Counted from the stretch's first letter, positions 1 through 15,100 are shown. The stretch is DNA of 64,000 bases from Lingula anatina (GCA_051362555.1 CM120647.1:10354001-10418000), one strand, 5' to 3'. Notes: generated from the sequence alone by a model not told the origin. Translations and numbers: made by a program.

Positions 1-360
1 TATCAATAAAATATATATTTATACATTTGTCCCTCTTCCATCCGCCATATATACAACTATAACGAGTTAGTTTCACGCCACCACCAAAATAATACAACAC
101 AAAAATAACACCAAATCGTGTTAGATGCTAACTACGGCCATCAAATAATATTAGTACGTCACAACACTGAACCATCACGTGCTTCCCGCCACTACATCAT
201 CATGCAGAGTTAGTCGTACGTTTTGTTGTTATTTGTAGCTGTATATAATATTTGTGTTTCAACCAAGTGCATCGGCATACTAGGGTTAGTTTCCAATCAA
301 AAGGTGCAAGTTGTTTGATATAAATAAATCAGATGAGAGATAAAACATGTGTGCGAGGCC

Positions 361-616
361 CAGTGGCGGACCAAGGGTTTTTAAAAAGGAAAAGGGATCG
401 CCCCCATCTAAAAGCGTATCTTCCCCTTGCACGTGTCTCTATGTGAGGTATTTGTGCACAGGATAAGAAAGAAGGACCTCTCCATTTAATCCACTGTTCC
501 ATGGGTTAAAGAAAGGTCTAGTAATAGGTCTAGACTATAAAATCCTTAATATTTCACCCCCCTTCCCCACTCTATTTTTTCTGGGGCTTGCTTTCAGGTC
601 CCTCGATCCGCCACCG
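361..616. mobile_element. Old non-autonomous hAT-like MITE
   Basis: Imperfect terminal inverted repeat CAGTGGCGGACC ... GATCCGCCACCG. No recognisable TSD; superfamily inferred from the CAG-type terminus. Confidence 0.5.
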
Positions 617-1279
617 TGTATTGTTTCTGTCCTGTCTGCCCAATGTTGTCATGATTGGTTCGTGTTCATGCACCATTTGTCATGGTTGCAATTGAAGTGC
701 GCTTGCTACCAGTAATAAACAGTACCTTGGGTTTGCCGCGGAGGACGAGTAGTGTGTTCGCCATGTTTTTCCAGGATATTTCCAGCACTCAGAGTCAGCA
801 CTGCTTTTAAGGGTTATCTTCGAAGCCACACTACAACCAAACCAAAAATAGGAAAAACCCATGAAGGATTAGTAATGAAACTGTTTTGTTGCACAACAAC
901 ACTAAATGACTCGTGTGTACTTGAAAAAAAAATGAAAATGAAATGAAAAACACCTTGCTAGTTGATGATGATGAAAAACTCAGAACTGAGAGAGACTGAT
1001 AGAATTCAAACAAGCTAAGCAGTACTGATTGACTTTTACGACAATCAAAATTTTAAATAAAAAAAAATGAATTCAACCTTGGAATGGGTGAGTGTTATAC
1101 ATCGATACAGTGATATAGTGGTTCACTCGAGTGGTAGAAATAGATTTGACAGTCTTCAACACACAGAGGAAATAATACAAAACTATATATATAAATATAT
1201 CATATATATATAATACTACATCAACGTCATAAGCCATGCAAGATCATAAAACGTACAGAGATCATAACTCGTTGTAACC

Positions 1280-1531
1280 CAGAGGCGGATGGAAGCAAGC
1301 GAGAGAAACATGGTCAGCATTATATCCCAGATAAAGTGCATTTTCTTTCAAAACCTGCATATTCCAAGTTGTTACAGTTTTTGATCGTAATTACCAGCAG
1401 TTCTGATCTAACACCTGCCTTCTGTATTTCCATATCGCTGGTTTGGGGGACTCATTTTGTTTTGGGACTGCACTGCCGATGCCCCTCCCCACCCCCGAAA
1501 CCCATTCTCCCAACACGTCCATCCGCCTCTG
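1280..1531. mobile_element. Non-autonomous hAT-like MITE
   Basis: Perfect 14-bp TIR CAGAGGCGGATGGA / TCCATCCGCCTCTG. Flanking 8-mers TTGTAACC / TTAGAATC match 5/8 (possible decayed TSD). Confidence 0.65.
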
Positions 1532-4500
1532 TTAGAATCATTATTCATTTGATTTAATTTGTTCCCCAATCACGTTAGATTAATATGGACACTCAGTTGT
1601 GTTACCTCTAATCTACACTGACAACGCCTACTTAAAATCAAATGATCACTTAAAAAGATCACAGCTATTCGCGAAACAGGGACGCCATTTCTGCCAACTT
1701 GACTGCATTTAACAAAATAAAAATAGGCAAGAATAAAGCAGAGGGACGTGGTCACCCTTCCTTAAAGGCGTGCACTGTCAATATTTGGCGATAATTGGGA
1801 GGCGCTGTAAGGTGAGTGCGGCACGTCCACTGGTGACAATCCAAATTTTGAAAATTGAGATGACGAGCACCAAACTTGCTTTTCATAGTTTTAATGATTT
1901 TTGTCTCATTTCCGCAGCGACCTTAAATGCCATTATAGCCTCTTGCCGTCAGGCATCACCTAAAGCCCTTACGTGTCCCTTTTTATTTGGTATCGTTGTT
2001 CTGAAAAATTTCGTGTTCAATTTGGCGTAAGGGTGGGAGTAAAGCCGTGATATTGATACAGGTAAGGGGGCACACGGTGTGAAATCAATCTTCGCGCCAC
2101 TTTCATATGAACCGTGTTTGGTGTTACACTCCATTGAACTCCGCGGATTTCCAAAGAAAAGCTCTTTTTAACCATCTTCTACAACGAGCCCTTTGAACTC
2201 TGCCAGAAAGGTGAATAATTTGGAATTTGGCTAGTGAACCAAATAGAATGGGTGATGACTCCGTAAAGAACATTACGTTTTCAAAAAAATGATTTTTCTA
2301 ACCGTATGGTTAAAATGGGATTCCTCAAAAACATTTTAAAATAAAAGATGCTCCGGATAATATCTTCGAGCAAGGTTTCTGGGTTTGACTTCACCCACCC
2401 CCTTCCCTTCCATCCAATCGAAAGTCGACCTTATAGTTAAAATGTGTACCCCCCATACCCCACCCCAACCCGCCCGATTCACCCCTCGGTAGCACGCACA
2501 CTGAGCCAAACAAAAAGCCCCACCACCTGAAAACTGCAAACTGTTCACACACGAATATAGAAGGAGGGTGGATGATACTACACACACAGACACACGGCTA
2601 GAGACACTCCAGTTAGCGAGACGGAACGATAAAATGCACTCTTTTTTATCCCTACGGTGGACCACACCCAAAGTGCTGTCATTGTGCCCCTGTACCCCGT
2701 GACAACGTTGGCGTCACACACGTGAGCGCACGCGCTACACAGAAACAGACAGACACGCTCACTATCACGCACACTGCCATTCACAGCGTCTTTATTGGAG
2801 GGAACAGTAACGAGACGTAATGTGTTTGCTAAGAAAGGTGCTGCTGCGAAAAGAAAATTGGCAAGAATGCAAAGAGACGGGCAATGTTGCCGAAAGTTTA
2901 CAGAGAATAAACCGTTTCCAACATCATCAGTGGTATTTTACTCAGAGAGTGTAAACTGACTAGTTTTGTTCCAGCAATTAACAGACTCACAGGTGAAGGG
3001 GAAAAAAACGCGTTCCTAATCTACACCTAAACTAACATCACTTAGCAAGATTGCATGTTCTCTTTTTATGCACAATGTTTGCGTCTGTATTAACTTGTCA
3101 AACGACTACTTACAGACATACACAGTCTCAGCCGAGCAAATAAGGGATTTTTAAGACAGCAAGTGCTTAAAGGGCTAGTTTTAAAAGATTGTGTCGAATT
3201 TTGCCGCCATTTTTCTTATTGATCATTAGATTTAAACTTTCAGATTTTCAAAGGGGTTTATAAAACGATTCAAAAGAGTCAAATGCAATTTGGCCTTTGC
3301 ATGAAATTTATCCTACTACTTTATTGTAACTTTTGTTTATCCAACCAAGTTCCATATTGTTATTTTGATGAACTTTGCTGAGTGTTGTTTTCTTGGTCTT
3401 GGGTAGCACACGTGCACTTTAATGAGTAATCCACACGGCCTCGCGTTCTATTGTCTCGGTGGCCCCGGCATCTTCGCATCACCTGTGAACTTGTTTTAAA
3501 CCCGGGAACCAAAGAAACGTCAAATTAATATGGTTGAATTAATCTTGTTTTCTGATTTTACGTCCAAAGGAATTTATGCTCAGCCTGTCTTGACATCAAC
3601 TTCCGCACCTATTAAAAACCTACAGAGATGCAAACGAGTAAAGTCGCCCTGCTTAAAAGTAAAGTGATCCCATACATTTATGCACTTGTTGTGTTTGATT
3701 TAAAAACTTTGTGACTTTTTTTAAAGTTACATTTATAGCTTTGGTCCATCAAGCATAATGTTATCTGTTGGACGGAGAGGTATCAATGAAACTGAACAAG
3801 AAACAGCTGAAGAAGGGGCAACCTTTTAAGGCTTCGGGTCTTAGTATCGTATCCAACCCAAAAAAAGCGACTGCATCTGACCCCATCCCATCCCGTACAC
3901 GTGCGCCGAACATATATCTGTCAAACTGCGATCATTGGTCGTACTTAAAGACGCGTTCAGATCATTTATTTTGGGCGGTATGCTTCTGACATGAAGTGGC
4001 GTAACTTGCTACACAGAGTATCAATTTTCATCTACAGGGACGCCCTGTTTGTCTTCTTTAGCTTAAGGGTGGGCAGTTTTATCTTCCATGCCATCCATTT
4101 AATTCTTACCTGACTCGACCAGATGTAAGACTAACATGCCTTCATGTACAATCAAGATTCAGGTATGAGGAACAACCCTTGTGCAATTGACTTGAACATG
4201 GCGTACCAAATTGCTTCTCAATTATTCATCTTATTTTCCAATCAATTTCCAAAGAGGGGTCTGGCAGGCTGTAAAATTGCTTGCCGAAAACATCAATTCT
4301 GCCAGCACGCGACCAAGACCACAGCTGTCGTCTGCGTGAAATCTCTTCGTGACCTCGTGCTGTTCCAGTTCATTTACGTCCCGTCACCGTCAGTGTGTTA
4401 AAACAATCATGAACGCTCTAATGCGTCTTCGTTGATGGGTCATTAGTAAGATTTGGTGGTCTGACTTTACTCAGCTTGTCATACACTGCTTTTAAATGAA

Positions 4501-7315
4501 ATTTTAAGAACTGGACTGATTCTGATTTGTTCCAAAATTAGTTTTCCTTTTTTTATTTTGGTGATCGGGACGCTAAATCTCAATAACATCGTCATAATTC
4601 TAAGTAGACAGCGAACAGACACAGACAATTTTAACTAGTGCCAGTCAATCAAATGGACCACTGTTTTCCGGTCCGTTTCTCAAATTTATGTTTCTTTAGG
4701 AGAGGGAAGCAAGGGGGCGAATCTTCCTTAAGTGGGGGACGAAATATAACCAATTCCCGGCTTAACCTCCGGCCTTAACACGCTGGTTCCGGTATATAAA
4801 CAACTCGCGAAAAAAAAACGTGCACCAGAAGCCAAAGTTAATGAGAGGTTAAATAAATTACTACACAGGTGAGGTGGATTTAAGCCCGAATCCTGTCTGG
4901 CGTCTCGCGCTCGTAAATATATTTCGGAATGGGAGTCCCTATTATTATTGGGAAAGGTATGCAAAGCAACAGAAGAATTTCCTTTCCCTTTACTATCTTA
5001 TTTCCAATGCATGGCATTAGTTTTGCGCAGAATATCGAAATCTAGGCATAAATATGAGCGATCTTGTAATTTGCAACTGTCAGTCGAGACCTCACGGGAG
5101 TCGGCAACGGAGGCCCTGCCTTGTGAGAGCAGTCATGATGCTATTCAAAGCCGTAGATTCGATTTCATTTCCCTTATTTCCCGCTTGGCGGTCAAGGTAT
5201 CGGTTTGATGATTGATGTGGCTAATTTGCTTAGTTAAATTAACGATTATTGGAATAACTCTTCAGATAATCCGATCCAGGATTATCAGATAATCATACGA
5301 AGGAGTTGTACTAACAATTGTATATGGCGGCCTGGCAGAACACAGGTGAAGAATAGCCTCTTGTACGGAACGAAAACGGCAAAAACGACGAAAAGTTGAC
5401 CCGCGGCATTGCTTACATCCATCTAAAAATTTATAAATATTTCTCTAGCCGATGCAGTATCACAAGCATCAGATAATTTCATATTCTGTTCGACTGCAGG
5501 ACTCGTATATAAATATATAACTGCTTAGTCAACAACGACCACGTGAGTAGAGGATAATGAAAGAATGTGTGGTTACTTTTCTGCATGATCGGGTCTGATC
5601 TAACCGCTTCATCGACTACAATCTGTTGATTATATTAGCCTTCGATCCTTCAATATTTATCAAAGAGCACAACGGGGCATACCTATGAATTAATCACGAG
5701 AGAGTTCCTTTATCTGGCAGCGGGAATGATATAACTTCATAGCCCAGTCTTTGTGAGATGATATAACCTTTAGGTCAGCTACAAGGGTCAGCTAGTGTAA
5801 ACTTCACTTAGGTAACTCTTATGGGCTTAACATAACATTGTCCTCTGCTTAAAAAAATTACTTGACGTGCTTTTTTAAATAACTTAATTGTTATCAATAT
5901 CCAAGAACTTTGGGGGAGGGGGGCTTGCTTTCAAATATACAACTAACAAAGCCAACCCTAGTACGAAATCATCGCAGACAAAATGTGTGCATTTAATGAA
6001 GCGCATTTAATACGCAAACGACAACTGAAAAGTTCTGTATTTAGGCTGATAGACAAGAGTTCAGGTGCGCGCGTCATTGGAGCCTTGGTATGATGACTGG
6101 AAAATGTCGCCATATTTATTTAAGTTAAAGGTGGATCTGTCGTTGGAGCAGTGTCAACCGAAGCACTGGGGGCAAATACATTAACGGAGGCATGGATTTA
6201 CTTTTACTTTTTATATACACCTGGCCAAACAGTTTTGACGTCATACGCGTCCCTACTAAAACATGCCGAACGTCGGACAACTTAAGCTGCCTTTATGCTT
6301 CGGTTTATGAGGACTATATATATGTCCTAGAACCGAGGATGAAGTTGAGTTTGATAATGCCTCTGAATAAACCATTCTTCTCTGAGCAAAAGCCCAGTTC
6401 AAATATGCAGTGGCTAACAGTGTATCACACGTCAAACGTGTTTTAAATTGATTGCAGTAATTCTGATTTAAATGATATTTGAAAAAGACGTTACATTATG
6501 TGAAGAGGATTCGGGATTATATGTCATAGAGTTGCTGACGTCACGGGGCTTTTCACCGTCTACAACACGTGTACCACATAAGAGTTCGGGCACTGTTGGG
6601 TCAACGAACGCCGTTCCTTTCGTGTTTTAACCAATTTATTGCCCATTTGCCCCATCCTCGCCCACCAAGATGTTAAACACTATTTGAGGCGCTGCTTATA
6701 ATAACGACTAAGGTGCAGAATGAGTGATATATTGGTAGTTTGCCCCAAATTATCGCCCGTTTATATAGTTAAAAAATCTTTACGGGCGAAAAGAGCGTTA
6801 AGTATCGATGTTGCCTCTACCTAAAGGAAGTGAGAGCGTGGATCATTCTCTAATAAAGTCACTCTTCTTATTATCAGCAAGAAACCTGGGATGTTTCCAG
6901 TGGGGCCGCTGTTTTTCTATACAAATCACGCAGGTTCTTAAAATGTGAGCTCGGTGTTAAGTTTGCTTCTTTATTCGACTTTCTTTTTTATCACGTTCAG
7001 TACGGATCATCGCACAGGTAATCCATTTCGCTTCTGACGTCTTGCAGGGCGAAGGGTCACCCCCGAATGGCAGGGGTGGCGGAGAATTCGGGAATAAAAT
7101 ACTGCAGCTTGCAATGAGTGTATTTTGGCTGCTCCCACAGCTTGCTCAAAAGTTCACAGCCGAGCATATATTATAGCCTTTCATGAATTATACAATGATT
7201 TCTTAGTTTGATAACACATAGGATCGCCTTACCACATACCCATATGACTTTTTAAGTCTTCCAAATTTCGACAAACTTTGCAACAGCAAGTTAAACGGTT
7301 ACGGGCCGTGTATTT

Positions 7316-7329
7316 GTGTCTGTCTGTGT

Positions 7330-7360
<31 letters not shown>

Positions 7361-7372
7361 GGGGGAGGGGGT
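7316..7372. repeat. (TG)n microsatellite followed by a poly-G tract
   Basis: Directly visible simple repeat. Confidence 0.9.
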
Positions 7373-10300
7373 GATGATTGCCGTTTTCAGACTGATAGTG
7401 CGTTTGAACGATTCAGGAAAACAGCCAAGGAGCCTGTACATTCCCAGGTAATACACACAGCCAGTTACAAATACGGTAGTGACGGCTTGGCGCGCGTGCA
7501 CGAGGAACAGCTGAGGCAGACGATCCATGACGAATCCGAAACAGACCAACAGACCATCATCCCCAAGTATTTCCAACTTCCACCAAAACGGGAACGCTTC
7601 CATCTGACTTATTACCACCCGCACCATTATATATTTTGGGAATAATTAGTTAGAATTGTACCATATGGAAATGACTTGGCAGAGGAGCGTGGTCTCGTGA
7701 CTGGTTGGCAGACGATCGGGGGCCGGGGTCGGGCGTTTTGGGGCAGGCGCAGGTGCACAGATATGCTACCCCAATACGTCATGCGGTCCGGAAAAAATTG
7801 ATCAGACACTGCGTTTTATTCTGAGGAACATTGAGATGAGTAGGGCAGATGTGTACGTGCGTTTTGGTGTGAATTAAGTGTTAAATGGCTCGTGTCACCG
7901 GGCCTGACATAAGATCGAAAGTTGAGGTTGCCCCATCTCGTGCTGCGCGTGCGGAGACTGGAGGAGAGGGGATGTGTCGGGGGAGGGGGGGGTAGGAGGA
8001 GTACTCATTTGTTGAATCGAGTGTTCTGCGAAAAAAGACCCGCCCTTCTCGTAAACTGCAATCATGCGTGATAATACACCTGTGACGATTTGGTTCACGT
8101 TAACTTCAAAAAGCCACCGTTATGCATTACACGGGCCCTTATCTCCAACACAAAGGCCCGCCCATTTTCAAACTGTATAACGCGCCATTAATACCCGCAA
8201 TCCCGGTTTCGGGGCCGGATGCGATATGATCTGCGTAAACCAGCTATAATCTATGTAGCAACACCTTTGTAGCCCGCTGCACCGTTTTTCACCTTGTTAA
8301 AATGTCATCGTTATCAGTGACCCAGGCAGCAGAGGTAACATCGTCTGGAGAACGGCTTTGAAAGGGATGGCAGCTGGGCTTCCGTTAGATACATGCTTTC
8401 ACAGTGAATACGACCCCCGCGTGAACGGGTTCACATCGGACCCGCTTTATTTTGTCTGTATATTTCAGTGAACGTGCAACGCATTGGTTCTGAATAATAG
8501 CGCTTAGTTTTCTAAAAAGACAAATAATTGTAGTCTGATGTTAGGTTAAGAAATTGGACAATCGTTCCTTGTCAGTCAGGTTTTTGTATAGTTCTCGAAC
8601 CTTGCCATCTTACATAATCCGTGATAGTTGCCAAAGGTTGTTGCGTGTCACCAACTGCAGCTTTTAAGGCGGCAGATTATATTTAATTAGTCCCATTTCA
8701 CCTGCCGTTTTGGACAGGAGGAAAGGTTGACCGAAATTACGATGACGAGCAATTTATTCATTTATCCACAGTTTCTCCATAACCTGGCATCTCGTAAACG
8801 CTGGAGTAGCACATCTTTCCCCTTGAGGCGTGACTTCCAATTGATTATCGCAGCAGCAATCAACTTTCTCCTTCTGCCTGCACAGACGGGACACATCTGT
8901 CTATTTAACTTAATTGGATCAATGAGAGCAATAGCGTTACACGGACGAATGGACTCCCTGGCCGCAAACCCTAGTCTCTGCCCACTCGAGGCTTATTACA
9001 CAGACTGATATCGCCATAAAAAACGATCAACATGAGCGTGATGTGAACGCGCCCAGACATATGTGTATATAAATATCGCTTTTTGAACTCTGAAAGCAGC
9101 TTACCTATTCAGAGCTAATTATTGCCTAACATACATCTTTGTTTAATCAATACGTAATTTCTTTAATTAATACTATGTTGGTGAACTATAAATAATAAGT
9201 TGCCGAAAGGCGGAACACGAAGGATGAGGAGATAAGTGATTCTGCTTTGCTTTGCACCCAAACTTCTTACTAACACCGTCCCACTTGTTAAAATTATTTA
9301 ATCCAACCTTACCCTATAATATGTTAGCTTTTGAAATTGAGTCTACAAACGTTGACAAAATGTTGTATACAGCGTAGTTCAGACCCCCTTTTATACAGCA
9401 GGATTGTAAAGCTTCGCATCGAAATCCGGAGGTTGCATTTACATTTAACAAAACCGTCTTAATGTGTATTATCTTAACTGTATCTGTTTGTCTTCATTAA
9501 ATATATTATTGACTTTCTACACACAGGCAGCACTGAATAGCAAACTCTGTATCACCTATAAGAAGACAAAACAGTTGCTAAGTCTCTTTCAGGCTCCTTT
9601 GTCCGATGTTGTGCAACAAACCGTCACAGGTGTTTCAATACTCGGCTAAAAAGTCAACGGAGGTTTTTCAAAAAAAAAATATTTCGTTCTTTAAGCTACT
9701 CTGCATGGGGTAGTCTACTGTACCCCTCCCCGTTACCCCTCACCCCTACTGACCCTCTAACGGAGGAGAAAGACCATCTTAGACCCCGTGAAAAGCGTTG
9801 TAGGGACCTCGGTGCCCTGATTAGTGAACGCGCTCATTGGGGCATTGGGGCTATTATAACCGCTTTCTCTTAGTGGATGAACGGAGGAAAACGGTTCTTT
9901 TCAACTTCATTGAATTCTTATATGAGCGGAGAACTATGACGAAGAAGGTAGACTTTCTATGGAGCGCGACAGGGTATCGGTACACGGTGAAAAGCCGTCT
10001 ATTGTGACGGGTCTCTTAACAATTTAGTTTAGGTGAACTGGTTTTCAATGGGCTTGAACGCGAGGTCATGTGACTTATGAACGAGGTTTGATTTCATTTC
10101 AATTTTTGTAGCAGTTTCAAGGGCAATAGTTTATTGGAAAAGTTGTACTTTTGTGTCACGAATGCTGGCGTCTGGCGATAAACTGAAGTTTTACCGCCTT
10201 GCTCACTTTTTACAAGGCCCCGTTCTATATTCTGACTTCACCAACTGTTGGCTTCTTTGCAGTACAAAGTTTGACATGACATCAATTCGGGCTTCTGTGA

Positions 10301-11488
10301 TCTTGTATTATCCACCTTTCTGTCACGTACACATTTTTAAATTCAACTTGAGAGATTTGTTTCAAGTAAGGCTAACACAGATTATAGAGATGTGTCATTT
10401 TGCATTATGAATTCATTCCTTTAACTCCTTCCACACTACCTTAAACTTTACTTGACTTAAATATATATTGACTTATTCGGCTATCCACTTAGCAACAGCC
10501 CACATATTTGTTTGATCCCCAACTTTTCTGACAAATTTTCAAACTCCACGTGGTCTGTTGACTCCCTCGAGGCGCCATTCTAACCATCAGGTTGCCCCTT
10601 CTTCCCATCCCCCACTTAACATACGGCGGTTGTTTGCCCATCTCTCAAATGTATTGACTTTTAGTTTCACCAGGGACTAGCCCAAACAGTCGGCCGTTGA
10701 CACTGCATTTGTTCGTACTGAAGTCCCGCTTTTCAGCCGGGCGACGTTCTCATCGATGGATGAGGTTATAAAACACTTCAACTGTGTTAGTATAACAGTC
10801 TAAAGTTGGGATTAATTCAAAACTAAGACCGTAGATGGAGGAGGAGAAGTTGTTTTTAAAAGTTGAATTTGGCAGGAAAAGTGCCCCATATCTGACACAT
10901 TGTGAGGGGGTCTTGAGGAGTCCACACTTATACAAATAACCCTCAGCCCAAAAATAGAGCAAAATCAACAGGAGACTGTGAGACAGTGAAAGAGAGGGGT
11001 TCACTATGAATAGCAAGAATTTTATCTAAAGAAGGCAGCAACGTAAAATGTGAATGCATATAGCAATGAAGTATTATTATAAAAGTCAGTGAACGGGAGA
11101 CGGTCAGGGCACACGAGTTGCTATAGTAACATAGTTGTTTATAGTACTGTAACCATGGTAACTGCACCCGCCAAACATCACGTTCCACAAACACAAGCAA
11201 GCAAAACACAGACCAAACCGTTTGGAGGAATGAATCAAAAACCTCAGACTTCTACTTTGTTTTTTATATATATACATATAAAACTACTACCACACGACCT
11301 GTAGGTGAGAAGGATTGTATTATAAATATAGACCGCACAACAAAACCAAACTTTGCAAGCAAAGTGGATAATAGATACCATTCTTTGTTTTAGCGCCAAC
11401 CCCTTAACTTGCAGTAGTGTAAGTTGTTTGATGGTTGTTGGATACAAGGCGGGCGTCTCACGTACGACCACGGGTTGTTGCACGTTAA

Positions 11489-11765
11489 AGGTGCATTTAC
11501 TCAGCTAAATGACAAAAAACACAAAATGTGACACATCTTCCACTCTTCTCAAGTAAACATATATGGAAGACATCGAGGGACAAGTGAACTCATCAATTAT
11601 TATTTTTCAAATCATAACAAGTATTAAAAATCCGGTTATCTAGCCGAGAAATTCAAGTAATTTGATGGCTTACTGATAAGACTATCCTGTGAGATATTTG
11701 GTAAAATAATGCTTTATCTGACTAAATTTTCCCTACAAACCCATTCTCGTTTTGATGAAACTGCT
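11489..11765. mobile_element. Possible Kolobok-like non-autonomous element
   Basis: TTAA|AGGTGCATTTACTCA ... TGATGAAACTGCT|TTAA: TTAA flanks and AG...CT ends, but weak TIR similarity. Confidence 0.35.
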
Positions 11766-11833
11766 TTAATCTCGTATCAACGTGATTTCACTTTGGGTGA
11801 TGACGTGGTTGGCTTGACTGTAGTATAAACATA

Positions 11834-11985
11834 ACTGGGATGAATCTAACATATTTTTTTTTAATTTGAGCCGATTTATTCTACATTAAAAAACAACCAA
11901 ACCATTGGCGGTTTTCTCAGAAATTTTGAATGGTGAATCATATTTAGCCAGAAGCTAGACGTGTGCCAGTTAGATTCATCCCAGT
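11834..11985. mobile_element. MITE with 17-bp perfect inverted repeat
   Basis: ACTGGGATGAATCTAAC (11834-11850) / GTTAGATTCATCCCAGT (11969-11985), TA-rich flanks. Confidence 0.65.
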
Positions 11986-12126
11986 CTAATGTAACGACCT
12001 TATCTTATCAATACGATAATTTTACTGTATATCCATAAGGATACAACTGCCAACATAAGGAACATAGATAACGTGGTGTTAGGTTATCTTCAACAAACAA
12101 ACCTCCTAATCCTAGAGAGTACTTAC

Positions 12127-12193
12127 CCATACTGCGCTCCGATTAGTCCGGGGTACGCCTTAAAAGCGGCGGCGGCTGCCAGTGCTTGGAAAC
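12127..12193 (-). CDS. RBM24: RBM24/RBM38 homolog, coding exon 3 (67 nt; not in the ORF track)
   Basis: TTTCAG acceptor and GG|GTAAGT donor. Its phase-1 start matches exon 2. Reads (G)FQALAAAAAFKAYPGLIGAQY(G), similar in size, phase and sequence to the short GF...P.LI...G exon after the RRM in vertebrate RBM24/38. Confidence 0.85.
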
Positions 12194-15100
12194 CTGAAAT
12201 TAGATTTGAAACAATTAAATGCAATGTATATGCTCTATGTGAATGCTTTACAGCTATCAAGACATCTTTTGGTCAGAAAATGAATGGCAAAAAGTGAAAA
12301 CGAAACCACAAACATTAAAGGTTTCTAGGATATATGGAATTATATTGTTGCCATATGCTTTTACTTTGATACTGTATATTACATTTATATAATATTTATC
12401 CCTTGAAAATTCAATACTGAATCGGTATAAAAAATAAAATATACAATTTGTATTTCATATTAGGTTTTCGTTTTAAATAAAATTAACCAGACAATAATAT
12501 TTATAGGTAAACCGATCTCCATTAAGTTGAAGTATAATACTAGTCACAGTGAAATAAATACATTTATAAGAAAAAAAAAATCGATAATTGGCATATCCTT
12601 TTTTCACATGGAAGGGAAATTTCCCACGCTTACATGACATAAACTTATTAAAGAACATGCAACATTATTTACAGTCACTTCGCTATTGTGCTAATATTTA
12701 GGGTGAAAGAAAGAGACGCTAATATTTTAAACAACCCGAGAATCGCCGGCATTGTGAGCTGGCATCCTAGCACTGGAGGTTGTTAGCGAGCTATCGTGTT
12801 TACCGCTGTGTCTTTTGAAAAGTTCAGAAAGAAAGGGGAGCCCATTGTAAAACGTGATACACTGAATTGATTTTCTCCATCTTGGGGGCCACTAGGCTGT
12901 AACTGTACACTGAATCCATACTTGTTTAAGGGGACTTGTTGTTGGATTTTTACGCCTGCTTGCAAGCGATCTATATCCCTGATGTATGTTGATGTCAATG
13001 TTGCATCTTATGATATCTAGACGTACTCTCCTTCGGATTATAATTTCAATATTGTATTAGTGTATACGATCTCTTAGGCACCAAATGTTTCGGAACTGTT
13101 TTCAAGGTACTCATTAAGTTGCATTGAAATCTGTCTGAGCAATATGATACATTTTATTCTTATCGTTTCATGACAGTTTGAGAAAATATATTAATTCTCG
13201 AAGTACATTATCAGACTTTAAGGATATTTTCTTTATATATTTTCAGAAAAGCTGGCAGCCATGTTGTTATCTTAAAGTATTTCAGGTGCATCAGCACCTT
13301 GCAAACGAGACGCTCATCACGAGCAGACGACGTCGTCACAACTGTTGTGTTAGTTTGATTAACGACGTTTAAGGGTCGATAGGTAAACGGTATTAACCTT
13401 TCCTGCTAACAGGGACAACATACACGACCATGATGTTTCACGGTCCCATACTCCCCTATCCCATTCTCACTGACGTCATCCGTAGTTCCATCAAGTGTTA
13501 AATAAAAAGACTTTTAAGATTTACCAGCTTAACAACTGTACATTGGCTGCCAACCGCCTCCAAATAAATGGATAAATGAATGAACGCTAGTAAACAGAAC
13601 ATTGACCTAATATTTGGTGTGTGTTAACCGTCGCGAGCTGAAACGGTCGCTATCTCTCTTATCAGTTACGTGGTTTGAACACTTAAACCGTCTGGGCGGG
13701 AACGCCATGACCCGTTTAATGGGTGACAAAAGCTTGCGGTGACTTGTGTTCCATATCAAAGAAGGTGGGCTTTAACAAGAGTCCATCACAGGTAAATTAT
13801 GATTAATAAAAACTCCAGAATGACGGGACATTTACCGTCAACTTATGTCAGTCTTCAAAAGGCTGTAAAGCCATGATGACAAGGATCAGCCTTTGTGTTT
13901 GACTTAGCTGTTCTATTAAGTGATTGGTTTGGTGTGAAAATAAGTGTCATATTTAACTAATCGGGCCCTGTCTGTTTGGGTTGTCCACTAGAGTGAATGA
14001 CACAGAAACATGGCCCACTTCGTCACCGTTTACTTTTGGACAATGACAGTCAAGAGCTATAGTCGTAGAAATGGAACTGGAGAAAAATGGGTGTAAACTT
14101 ATCCCCAAACTTGAACAGTTTGCTTGCACGGTTATCGTGTATACTTAGTAATTTTATCATGACAACCAGGTTACACAAGCCGCCTATAAGTGGCTGATTT
14201 TGCTGTCAACTACGGATTGTCCTGAAATTTGTGAGGTTGATTTCTCCTTCATACTTAGCTTAAAACACGAGTACAAGGTACCACCACTTGAAGGCCTTCC
14301 CCAGCTATCGTACGAGTACTTTGCAATCTAATCACACAGATCGACATTGTACGACTGACTGACTGGCAACTGTAACTTATAACGCGTGAACTTTGAGAGG
14401 TCGATTTTCTTTCAAATAATATAATTGAAAAAAGGCCAACGCAAAAAGGTCATATTATGTGACATTTATTTCATGTTGAAATTTGCCCTCAATTTTTGCT
14501 CCGGTCTCAAGCGTTAGTGAGGCTAACTGAATGACTTTTGAAAGGATTTCATACAGCACAACATCGGGCCCGAAAGGTGTGTTCCGAACACAGAACTATG
14601 TTTGTTGTACTAAACTGAAGGATTGATGAATTTAGATAGTCTTGTTGCCACCTTCCCGTATGAATCATCGGACGAAATTAAAGAACCTGACTTTGATGTA
14701 GGCGAAAGTGAACGGAGACGTCAAGGTGGTCGTCTCGTGACGGACGCCATGTGAAAACGTCACACTACCTCACCTGTTCCATCATGTTAATTATATGTAC
14801 TTGATGTTTTATTAATTCCTCAGATTGGTGAAGTGATTCCCCAACTTTATCTACACTTCTCTGCGCCTACTGTTCATGATTTACGAGACCAAATAATCTG
14901 TAATCTGTACTTTCAGTCATTGTCCTTTTTTTATCAAATCCTGTTTAGGATTGAGGACGGTTTATAAGACCTTCAAATTAAACCATCGAAAGATGGTTTT
15001 GTTGATAAACACAATGTATACACTCAGGGTGGATACTAAACCTAGTGGGAACATTCAAGCGGGTGGGAGGGGGTGCAGGGGGGTGGGAGGGGTGCCGATA

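Noticed and set aside
2910-2935. Hammerhead-like CTGATGA...GAAAC on the minus strand
   Set aside because: Only 5 nt between the core motifs, so no helix II; other CTGAnGA sites checked also lacked the fold.
7229-7645. Overlapping 132-aa and 109-aa ORFs
   Set aside because: Kept open by TG and poly-G repeats; no similarity to the RBM24 C-terminus or any family I recognise.
7895-8098. Pro/Ser/Gln-rich minus-strand ORF as a possible RBM24/38 last exon
   Set aside because: Lacks the Tyr/Ala-rich motifs of the family C-terminus, and I found no convincing phase-2 acceptor.
13330-13470. Second possible HDV-like motif on the minus strand (TTGTCCCTG)
   Set aside because: No proper G.U-started P1, P3/L3 or P4 could be built.
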